Shown: positions 44,963-52,449, counted from the first letter of the stretch. The stretch: DNA of 64,000 bases from Clostridia bacterium (GCA_017438525.1 JAFRVI010000075.1:34144-98143), one strand, 5' to 3'. Numbers and translations: made by a program. Notes: generated from the sequence alone by a model not told the origin.

Positions 44963-46042
44963 ATGTGGCATAAGAAAGAAAACGTGAATAATGCCGTCGA
45001 GGAACAGACCGCTCCCGAGCAGGTTTCCACGGTGAAAAAGGTATTTAACATAGTTAAGAGAGTTTTCACCTGGATTGTTGTTATCTTCGCCGTCTTTATG
45101 ATGATTTTCACCATAATCTCGACGACGACCTTCAACCGCAGGGACAGGGGACTGTTCGGATATAAGATGTTCATCGTTCTGTCCGACTCCATGAGCATCT
45201 CTGAGCAGGATACCACCGCCGAGGATAAGGCGGGGGTCTACTTCAACGCAGGCGACCTGATTTTCAGCAAGAATCTCGACCCCGAGGAATGCGTGCAGCT
45301 TCAGCCGGGCGACGTCATTACCTTCCAGTCGCAGAACGGAGACAACTTCGGAGAGGTCGTCACCCATAAGATCAGGAGGATAACGACGACTGCAGAAGGC
45401 GGCCTCGGCTTCGTCACCTACGGTATCAACACCAACACCGACGACGAAACCATCGTTGCGCCCGACTTCGTCCTCGGCAAATACGCCGGCAAGATTCCGA
45501 AGCTCGGCACGTTCCTGAGTTTCCAGAAGTCGACGGTCGGTTACATAATCTGCATATTCGTACCTTTCGTTATTTTGATAATCATTCAGGGCGTTAAGAG
45601 CATCCGCCTGTTCCGCGTTTACAAGAAGGAACAGCACGCTGAGCTCGACGCCGAGAAGGCGGAGCTTGCCGCGCAGAAGGCGGAGACCGAAAAGATGATG
45701 CGTGAAATGCTCGAGCTCAAAGCTCAGCTTTCCGGTCAACAGGCGCCGCAGCAGGCCGCTCCTCCCGTTCAGGAAGCGCCGCAGCCCGCGGCGGCTCCCG
45801 AACCCGCGCCCGCGGCAATACCCGCGCCGGAAGCGGAGCCAGCTCCCGCACCGCAGCCCGAACCGGCTCCCGCACCGCAGCCCGAACCGGCTCCCGCCGA
45901 GGATCCGTTCGCCGCGCAGAAGGCGGAGCTCGAGGCGCAGAAGGCGGAGACCGAGCGCATGATGCGCGAGATGATGGAGCTCAAAGCGAAGCTCGACGCG
46001 CAGCTCAATAAACCGAACGACGGCTCCGAAGGAGCAGAATGA
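44963..46042 (+). CDS. sipW: SipW-type (ER/archaeal S26B) signal peptidase I with a ~150-aa C-terminal coiled-coil/Pro-Ala tail
   Basis: N-terminal TM, catalytic LSDSMS, GDVITF, THKIRR, second TM (YIICIFVPFVILIIIQ), then the tail. ATG at 44963 after CGGAGG. Confidence 0.8.
   Translation: MWHKKENVNNAVEEQTAPEQVSTVKKVFNIVKRVFTWIVVIFAVFMMIFTIISTTTFNRRDRGLFGYKMFIVLSDSMSISEQDTTAEDKAGVYFNAGDLIFSKNLDPEECVQLQPGDVITFQSQNGDNFGEVVTHKIRRITTTAEGGLGFVTYGINTNTDDETIVAPDFVLGKYAGKIPKLGTFLSFQKSTVGYIICIFVPFVILIIIQGVKSIRLFRVYKKEQHAELDAEKAELAAQKAETEKMMREMLELKAQLSGQQAPQQAAPPVQEAPQPAAAPEPAPAAIPAPEAEPAPAPQPEPAPAPQPEPAPAEDPFAAQKAELEAQKAETERMMREMMELKAKLDAQLNKPNDGSEGAE
45842..45897 (+). repeat. tandem 24-bp coding repeat (PAPAPQPE x2 plus a partial copy)
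   Basis: gctcccgcaccgcagcccgaaccg repeated exactly at 45842 and 45866, with a partial third copy. Confidence 0.9.
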
Positions 46043-46116
46043 TTCCGCAAACGGTATATGCGGCGTATCTGCGCCGATAATACGAATGCGGTTTGAATGG
46101 ATAGGAGGCAACGGCT

Positions 46117-47301
46117 TTGTTCAGAAATGATAAGCAACAACTGAAAAAGCGTAAGAATGCGGCGCTGAAGGTGCTGCTGTTGTCTGCGTTCGTTACATTT
46201 ATGTGCTTCTCTATGCTTGTCGGCACGACCTACGCATGGCTGACCGACAGCGTCACGAGCGGTAAGAACAGGATCGTTTCCGGCAGTCTGGATATTCAAA
46301 TGAACTACTATAACGGCACGAAGTTCGTTTCCGCCGAGGGCGACGTTTTTGAAAACGTTACCTGGCAGCCCGGCGCAGAAACTCACCGCCTCATACAGAT
46401 TTACAACAACAGCGATATGCCCGTCAAGTTCGCGTTCAAGGCAAACGTTATGTCCGAGTACGGCAGCATAAACACCGAAGGGAACAGCTTCCTGCTTTCC
46501 GATTCGCTGGTTTCTTATCAGGCGATATTTGACAACGATAAGCTTCAGGACGCGCAGGATGCGTTGGGCGCGATCGTCCAGACGTGCAAAAACACTGCCA
46601 TCAATAAGTTCGGCGCGTTCACGCAGATCAACGACAACAGCGTGCTTATCGATCCGGGCAAATCGAAATACGTTCTCCTCGCTCTTTATATGCCGGAAAC
46701 CGGCGTTGAAGCCTCCACCGTTAAGGAGGGAATGCCGCTGCCTACGTTCGAGGTCGAGCTTGACCTCGCCGCCACTCAGGCGTCCGGAGGTCAGGATTCC
46801 TTCGGATACGTTCCCGGCAACACCACCGTTCCCGACGTGAGCGTCGATACGGCTAAGTTTACCTATGAGCTCGCCCCGAACACGCTCCTTTACGAAAAGG
46901 AAGACGAGAATCACAACAAGTATTATGAAATAAAGGACGCCGCGGATTTTGCCAGATTCGCAGCCGCGGTCAACAAAGGAAATAACTTCGCCGGCAAGAC
47001 CGTCAAGCTGACATGCGAGGAAGAAATCGACCTCGACGGCGCCGCCTGGCCGCTGACCGGCGATTTTGCCGGAACGTTCAACGGCAACGGCAAGAAGATA
47101 AGCGACTTTAAGCTTACCGTAAACACAACGACCGCCACCCCGGTTCAGTATGCGACGCTGTTCAACGGACAGTGCGGCGTGACCAATCTTAAGGTCGCCG
47201 GTATCGCGCTGACGAAGCATAATACCGATGATAACTCCGACGCCGAATCCACGATTAACGAGTTGAGCGTTATGAGCAACGGTACGATATCTGTTGCGTG
47301 A
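46117..47301 (+). CDS. TasA/camelysin-like SipW-substrate paralog 1, with a C-terminal adhesin-like module
   Basis: SipW-class signal (KKRKNAALKVLLLSAFVTFMCFSMLVGTTYAWLTDSVTSGKNRIVSGSLDI), WQPGAE..IQIYNNS block, FEVELDLAATQ block. C-terminal part: IKDAADFARFAAAVNKGNNFAGKTVKLT..IDLDG..W..G.FAGTFNGNGKKISD. TTG start after TAGGAGG. Confidence 0.7.
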   Translation: MFRNDKQQLKKRKNAALKVLLLSAFVTFMCFSMLVGTTYAWLTDSVTSGKNRIVSGSLDIQMNYYNGTKFVSAEGDVFENVTWQPGAETHRLIQIYNNSDMPVKFAFKANVMSEYGSINTEGNSFLLSDSLVSYQAIFDNDKLQDAQDALGAIVQTCKNTAINKFGAFTQINDNSVLIDPGKSKYVLLALYMPETGVEASTVKEGMPLPTFEVELDLAATQASGGQDSFGYVPGNTTVPDVSVDTAKFTYELAPNTLLYEKEDENHNKYYEIKDAADFARFAAAVNKGNNFAGKTVKLTCEEEIDLDGAAWPLTGDFAGTFNGNGKKISDFKLTVNTTTATPVQYATLFNGQCGVTNLKVAGIALTKHNTDDNSDAESTINELSVMSNGTISVA

Positions 47302-47323
47302 TAACCCTTTACGGAGGAGCTTT

Positions 47324-47938
47324 ATGAGCAAAGATAACAGCACAGGCGTCGAACGCAGCACATGGCGCAAAGTCTGGAATATCGTCTCTATCGTCCTTGT
47401 GGCGATAGTCGTGCTCATAGCCGTTCTGCTTATGGGCGCCAAGATAATAGGACTCAAGACCTACAGCGTTATATCTCCTTCGATGAAGCCCGCATATAAC
47501 GTCGGTGATCTCGTTTACGTCAAGGGCTACGACATTGAGGATATACCGGAGAATATCGAGGTCGGCGACGCGATAACCTTCGTCCTTGACGAAAACCTCA
47601 ACGTCGCGACCCACAGAGTCGTGAGTATAGACCTTGAGAGCAGTCACTTCACAACGAAGGGCGATGCGAACGACACTCCCGACGCCAACCCCGTCCATTT
47701 CAAAAACCTCGTCGGCAAGGTCGTTTTCAAGCTTCCGCTGCTCGGCTACGTAGCCGACTGGGTGCAGAACCCGCCCGGAACCTACATAGCGGTCACCGTC
47801 GGTGCGGTGCTGCTGATCCTCGTCTTCCTGCCCGATATGATAGGGAAGAGGGTAAAGGCGAAAACAGGGCAGAACGTTATTGTGGAAGACGTGCCGCCGG
47901 CTGAAGATAAGCCGGACGGCGACGATAACTTTCAATAA
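47324..47938 (+). CDS. sipW: SipW-type signal peptidase I (second copy)
   Basis: ISPSMKP catalytic Ser, GDAITF, THRVV, TKGDANDTPD, and a C-terminal TM. ATG at 47324 after GGAGGA. Confidence 0.85.
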   Translation: MSKDNSTGVERSTWRKVWNIVSIVLVAIVVLIAVLLMGAKIIGLKTYSVISPSMKPAYNVGDLVYVKGYDIEDIPENIEVGDAITFVLDENLNVATHRVVSIDLESSHFTTKGDANDTPDANPVHFKNLVGKVVFKLPLLGYVADWVQNPPGTYIAVTVGAVLLILVFLPDMIGKRVKAKTGQNVIVEDVPPAEDKPDGDDNFQ

Positions 47939-47976
47939 ATAATAATATAGTATTCTCTTGAAAAGGAGCATCAACT

Positions 47977-48813
47977 ATGAAAAAAAAGATAATCGTTGTA
48001 TCCGCAATCGTCGCGCTGGTTGCCATCGCGCTGGTCGGCTCTTCGCTCGCGTTCTTCCGCGACGCTGATGAGAAGGCGAACGTATTTGTGTTCGGCAGCG
48101 TTGACATCGAGCAGCACGAGAAGGACAGAGACGGCAACGACTTCGTTGACAACAGCATCCTGATGCCCGTCATTGATACTACTCTCGGCACCGACAGCGA
48201 GTCCGCGACCACGAGAGACACCAACGGAATGCCCACCGACGAGAACTTCCGCGATAAGATCGTCACCGTCGAGAACGTCGGCAGCGAAGACGCTTACGTC
48301 CGCACCTACATAGCCGTTCCGAAGGCGCTTGACGACGCGGGTATCCTCAAGCGTGATATCAAGGCCGGCACCGACTGGACCGCCGTTTCCGCGGACCCCG
48401 TTGCGGTCATCACCAGAGACAGCATCGATTATAACGTCTATGCATACTACTACAACGCCATTCTTCCGGACGGCGAGACCACTCCCGCTCTGCTCAACGG
48501 CGTATATCTCGATTATAAGACCGACTGCAAGACCGCGGTTGATGCAAACGGTGTTACGCAGCTGACTCATCTGACTTATCCCGGCACCCCCGCGGCGATT
48601 GAGATTGCCGTTGATGATTTCGCCATCGGTACCCCCGGCGCCGATCCCGCCGTCAATCCGACCGAATACAAGAGCTACGTGCTCGTAGCCACCGAAGGCG
48701 TCCAGGCCCGCGGCTTTGCGAACGCCGCCGCTGCTACCAACAGCGCGTTCGGCGATTTCTCCGCGATGAGCGCCGCCGACGCTGCCGCGCACTTTGACGG
48801 TTTCTGGAACTGA
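47977..48813 (+). CDS. TasA/BsaA-like SipW-substrate paralog 2 (candidate major subunit)
   Basis: MKKKIIVVSAIVALVAIALVGSSLAFFRDADEKANVFVFGSVDIE, then KIVTVENVGSEDAYVRTYIAV. Followed by a terminator-like hairpin. Confidence 0.7.
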   Translation: MKKKIIVVSAIVALVAIALVGSSLAFFRDADEKANVFVFGSVDIEQHEKDRDGNDFVDNSILMPVIDTTLGTDSESATTRDTNGMPTDENFRDKIVTVENVGSEDAYVRTYIAVPKALDDAGILKRDIKAGTDWTAVSADPVAVITRDSIDYNVYAYYYNAILPDGETTPALLNGVYLDYKTDCKTAVDANGVTQLTHLTYPGTPAAIEIAVDDFAIGTPGADPAVNPTEYKSYVLVATEGVQARGFANAAAATNSAFGDFSAMSAADAAAHFDGFWN

Positions 48814-48840
48814 TAGAGTTCTGTTGATTCAGGTTTTAGA

Positions 48841-48885
48841 GGAGAGATCGGCTTTTGTCGTAACACGTGAACGACAAATATCTCC
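48841..48885 (+). terminator. compound hairpin, candidate partial terminator/attenuator inside the operon
   Basis: GGAGAGA..TTTGTCGT-AACACGTGA-ACGACAAA-TATCTCC followed by TTTGAAATAATTTTC. Confidence 0.5.
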
Positions 48886-48922
48886 TTTGAAATAATTTTC
48901 AAAGAAAGGAGAAGACTACTAC

Positions 48923-49597
48923 ATGAAGAAAAAGGTTCTTGTCGTTGCAGCTATCGTTGCTATCATATCCATTCTGTCGGTAGGCACTTTGGCGTGGTAC
49001 AGCGATTCGCAGGAGAAGGTCAATAAGTTCATCGTTTCCTCTGATCAAAACGGTGATCCTGATTTCTCCGTTGAAGTGCAGGAGTCTGTTGACGATACCG
49101 CGAGTGACGTCGTGCCGACCGTTATAACAGATACCGACGGCAACCCCACCGGCCTCCAGTATGACGGAATACTCCCCGGCGACTTCCTGTCGAAGGAGCC
49201 CAAGGCCGTCAATACCGGCGCTTATGATGAATACATCAGAGTTACCGTAACGCTGGTTCCCGATGACGCCGCCGCGTGGGCCGCGATGGTTCCTGATTTC
49301 AAGCTGAACGACTACCTCCAGGATGTTGACGCCGACTTCGTATTCGACACGGTTTCCGCCGATGGTCTGACTGTTGTGTATTACTACAACAAGATCCTGC
49401 CCGCGGGCGAAGCTACTGCTGACGTGTTCAAGGGCTTCAACGTTCCGGACGTCGAGATGACCACCACCAGCGGAGTCGTCTCTCTTGACCTGAAGGTCAA
49501 GGCTGACGCTGTCCAGACGAGAAACATCGTCAACGCTGACGATTACGCCACCGTCGCGCTCGCCGCGAAGGCCGCGTTCACCGTTCTGGGCGCGTAA
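48923..49597 (+). CDS. TasA/camelysin-like SipW-substrate paralog 3
   Basis: MKKKVLVVAAIVAIISILSVGTLAWYSDSQEKVNKF, LPGDFLSKEPKAVNTG..YIRVTVTL, and LKVKADAVQ. Confidence 0.7.
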   Translation: MKKKVLVVAAIVAIISILSVGTLAWYSDSQEKVNKFIVSSDQNGDPDFSVEVQESVDDTASDVVPTVITDTDGNPTGLQYDGILPGDFLSKEPKAVNTGAYDEYIRVTVTLVPDDAAAWAAMVPDFKLNDYLQDVDADFVFDTVSADGLTVVYYYNKILPAGEATADVFKGFNVPDVEMTTTSGVVSLDLKVKADAVQTRNIVNADDYATVALAAKAAFTVLGA

Positions 49598-49677
49598 CCA
49601 ACTTTTCCCGTGTTTCTTAACGTAGCATGACATGCGTTTTGAATAGCAAAACACAAAAATCAATCTCGAGATTTTGT

Positions 49678-49743
49678 CCGCTCGAATCCGCAAAAGTTCG
49701 AGCGGCGAACAAAGGGCTTGAGGGTTCAAACCCTTTGTTCGCC
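49678..49743 (+). other. two abutting strong hairpins (9-bp and 13-bp stems); the second resembles a tRNA minihelix
   Basis: CCGCTCGAA-10 nt-TTCGAGCGG, then GGCGAACAAAGGG-cttgagGGTTCAAA-CCCTTTGTTCGCC-A. Confidence 0.6.
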
Positions 49744-49778
49744 AGAAAGATTTGTTCCAGTATTTAAGGAGGAAGCGT

Positions 49779-50333
49779 ATGGCAAAAATTAAATTATGCT
49801 TTATTGCGTTTCTGATGTTAATAGTTTCACTGCTGTCTTTTGAGACCGTCGCGTTTTACACCGTAACGGGTACGGCGCGGAACGTCATAACCTTCGGCGA
49901 TATCCCGTCGGAAGTTATTGAAACGACCGCTACCGGCGACGACTTCCCGGAAGACGGCGTATACGTCATGCCCGGCGATATCGTCAGCAAGATCGTTAAG
50001 GTGGCCAACAAATCCGAACATCCGTTCTACGTCAGAGTCAAGCTCGTCAAGGGCACCGACAACGTCGAGCTCACGCCCGAGGAGTGCCTCGCCATCGAGA
50101 CTGACACAGTCAACTGGACGTATATGGAAGACGGATATTACTACTACAACAAGGCAGTTCCCGGCTACGGCGTAACGGAACCTCTGTTCAAGGAGGTCGA
50201 GGTCGTCGGCGACAAGATCACGAAGGAGCAGATCGGCTCCATCCTGACCGTCACCGTCAAGACCTTCGTCGTGCAGAGTGAGAACAACGCCGACACTCCG
50301 TTTGAGGCCGTTGGCTGGCCGGTAGAAAGCTGA
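49779..50333 (+). CDS. TasA/camelysin-like SipW-substrate paralog 4
   Basis: MAKIKLCFIAFLMLIVSLLSFETVAFYTVTGTARNVITFGDI, MPGDIVSKIVKVANKS..FYVRVKL, and TVTVKTFVVQ. ATG at 49779 after AAGGAGG. Confidence 0.6.
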   Translation: MAKIKLCFIAFLMLIVSLLSFETVAFYTVTGTARNVITFGDIPSEVIETTATGDDFPEDGVYVMPGDIVSKIVKVANKSEHPFYVRVKLVKGTDNVELTPEECLAIETDTVNWTYMEDGYYYYNKAVPGYGVTEPLFKEVEVVGDKITKEQIGSILTVTVKTFVVQSENNADTPFEAVGWPVES

Positions 50334-50341
50334 GGCGGCAG

Positions 50342-50974
50342 ATGAAGAGAACAGCGAAGTTTTTTGTAATGTTAATAGCTGCCGCGATACTGCTCGCGGG
50401 CGCCGTTCCGGCGTTTGCCTATAACGGTGAGGTCGTTTACGACGGCAACGCGAAAGAATTCGTCTTTGCGCCCGGCAGTGAATATTCGCCCACCGATCTT
50501 TTCCCGGATTTCAAAGACGTTATGCCGGGCGACAGTCTGACGCAGAAGATAACCGTCCGCAATACCGCGGATAAAAAGGTCGACGTCAAGATCTATATGC
50601 GTTCGCTCGGAGCGCAGGAGGGAACCGAAGACTTCCTTTCCCAGCTCTCCATGAAGGTTATCCAGAGCTCCGATAATACGTTGTTCGACGCTCCGGCGGA
50701 CCAGACCGACGGACTCACCGATTGGGTCCTGCTCGGCACGCTCCGTTCCGGCGGACAGACCGATCTGACCGTTCAGCTCGACGTCCCCGTGACGATCGGC
50801 AACGAGTTCAAGAGCGCTATCGGCTACATAGACTGGGAATTCAAAGTCGAAGAGATACCGGTCGAAGAGCCCGACACCGGCGACGAAGGGTTGCCGGTAT
50901 GGCCGTTCATCGCGGGCGGCGCGGCGCTCATTCTGATAGCCGTACTGCTTGTGGTTTTCAAGCGCAAGAAGTAA
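50342..50974 (+). CDS. TasA/camelysin-like secreted protein with an LPXTG-like (EPDTG) sorting signal
   Basis: Classical signal peptide (..LLAGAVPAFA/YNG), MPGDSLTQKITVRNTADKKVDVKIYM, GNEFKSAIGYIDWEFKVEE. C-terminus: EEPDTGDEG, then LPVWPFIAGGAALILIAVLLVVF, then KRKK. Confidence 0.6.
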   Translation: MKRTAKFFVMLIAAAILLAGAVPAFAYNGEVVYDGNAKEFVFAPGSEYSPTDLFPDFKDVMPGDSLTQKITVRNTADKKVDVKIYMRSLGAQEGTEDFLSQLSMKVIQSSDNTLFDAPADQTDGLTDWVLLGTLRSGGQTDLTVQLDVPVTIGNEFKSAIGYIDWEFKVEEIPVEEPDTGDEGLPVWPFIAGGAALILIAVLLVVFKRKK

Positions 50975-51010
50975 ATTGTTCAACACAGTAATTTTTGGGA
51001 GGAACTTAGA

Positions 51011-51697
51011 ATGAAGAAAGCGACAAAAGCAGCTCTTTGTGTAAGCATCGCTTTGCTTATTTTGTGGGGCCTCCTCGGCGCCGGCGCCTCGCTGGCGTGG
51101 TTCACGGATACCGTCACCGACGTTCGTAATCAGTTCATCATCGGCGTCGCCGATATAAGAGTTTCATATTACAGTCTTGTTCCCAACCCGACCTACGATT
51201 TCAGAGAGCTTCTCCCGACGACGACCGATATGTTTGATGACCAGGCGCTTTACGAGCCGGGTTATACAAAGGTCGTTTATATCAAAGTCGAGAACCTCGG
51301 CGGCATCCCCGTTGACTTCAAGGTTTCCGTTACGGCTAACAGCTGGGTGGACGGCAGAAACTCGCTGGGCAACGTAATACATCTCCCGTCATATCTGAAG
51401 TTCGGGATTCTTGTTGACAACAACCTTACCGATCTGGCCGCCGCGGTCAACGCGGTGGGCGGGCGTCCGGATGCGCGTATGATAGCCGGTCTCGATATGG
51501 ACGATTACGAATCGCTCAATCACTATAACAGCAACAGCGCGTCCCTCGACGTCAACGAAACGAAGTACGCAGCCATCGTCGTCTATATGCCCGAGGACGT
51601 CGGCAACGTCGCCAACTACGTCGGCGATACTCAGCCGACCGTCAACCTCGGCGTGACCGTGCTTGCTTCGCAGAAGGGAACCATCGATCAGCTTTAA
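51011..51697 (+). CDS. TasA/camelysin-like SipW-substrate paralog 6
   Basis: MKKATKAALCVSIALLILWGLLGAGASLAWFTDTVTDVRNQFIIGVADI, EPGYTKVVYIKVENLGGIPVDFKVSV, and LGVTVLASQ. Confidence 0.7.
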   Translation: MKKATKAALCVSIALLILWGLLGAGASLAWFTDTVTDVRNQFIIGVADIRVSYYSLVPNPTYDFRELLPTTTDMFDDQALYEPGYTKVVYIKVENLGGIPVDFKVSVTANSWVDGRNSLGNVIHLPSYLKFGILVDNNLTDLAAAVNAVGGRPDARMIAGLDMDDYESLNHYNSNSASLDVNETKYAAIVVYMPEDVGNVANYVGDTQPTVNLGVTVLASQKGTIDQL

Positions 51698-51807
51698 TTA
51701 AGCCGATCAAAAGCGCCGGACGGCGCGGAATCAAAAGTAATGCCTCTTTGCGTTGGCGCCTGCAGTCCACGTTGTAAAAAGTGGCTTTGAAAGGAGAAAA
51801 GGCGATA

Positions 51808-52404
51808 ATGTCTGATAAGGTCTTTACCAAAAAAATGACACTGTCTATATGCCTGATAATATTATGCCTGTGCGCCCTCTCCATATCTGCCGGAGCGTTC
51901 TTTTCCGATACGTCAAAATCCAACGCGAAGACGTTCTCTACCGCCACTTATGACCTGACGATCACGGCCACGAAGCAGGTGACTGAAAACTCGACGACAA
52001 CGACGGAAAGCGTTACTGCGACTGCTGCCGATCCTCATATTTACGAGTTTACAATACTTCCTGATGCGGATAAAGCTGAGGGTTACTCGGTAAGGCTACA
52101 GATTAAAACCGGAATAACAGCAACGTCGTCCGGATATTGTAAAATCGTAATCAAGGATAAAGAAACTCCGACAACGGTCCTTGGTACGTATTATTCAAAA
52201 CAAATCGCAAAAGCGAATGCGGCAAACGCCGATATCACAACGCTTCGCGATATCAAGATTATTACAGAAAAAGCGATAATTGTCGAATTCATTCCTCTGT
52301 GGGGAACGTATTCCGGTAATGATGCGCTGGCAAATAACAAGATTATCAACGTGGCTGCTGCCGGCACAATAACCCTTTCCGATCCGCCTTCCACTAATAC
52401 GTAA
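51808..52404 (+). CDS. divergent SipW-signal protein, Thr-rich, AT-richer (paralog 7, possible accessory/TapA-analogue)
   Basis: ..MTLSICLIILCLCALSISAGAFFSDTSKSNAKTFSTATYDL signal. No PGD block. ATG at 51808 after AAGGAG. Confidence 0.55.
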   Translation: MSDKVFTKKMTLSICLIILCLCALSISAGAFFSDTSKSNAKTFSTATYDLTITATKQVTENSTTTTESVTATAADPHIYEFTILPDADKAEGYSVRLQIKTGITATSSGYCKIVIKDKETPTTVLGTYYSKQIAKANAANADITTLRDIKIITEKAIIVEFIPLWGTYSGNDALANNKIINVAAAGTITLSDPPSTNT

Positions 52405-52419
52405 TCAAATAGTTGCTTT

Positions 52420-52449
52420 AACCGGCGGCCTTATGGCTGCCGGTTTTTG
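52420..52449 (+). terminator. intrinsic terminator ending the operon
   Basis: AACCGGCGGCC-TTAT-GGCTGCCGGTT followed by TTTG. Confidence 0.85.

Noticed and set aside
45769-47457. 562-aa minus-strand ORF inside the sipW/tasA-like operon. Likewise 47971-48792, 48899-49729 and 50372-50986.
   Set aside because: They are antisense to genes that have RBSs, signal peptides and family motifs. The products are Gly/Arg/Val-rich with no membrane or secretion logic. They would break an otherwise coherent same-strand operon.
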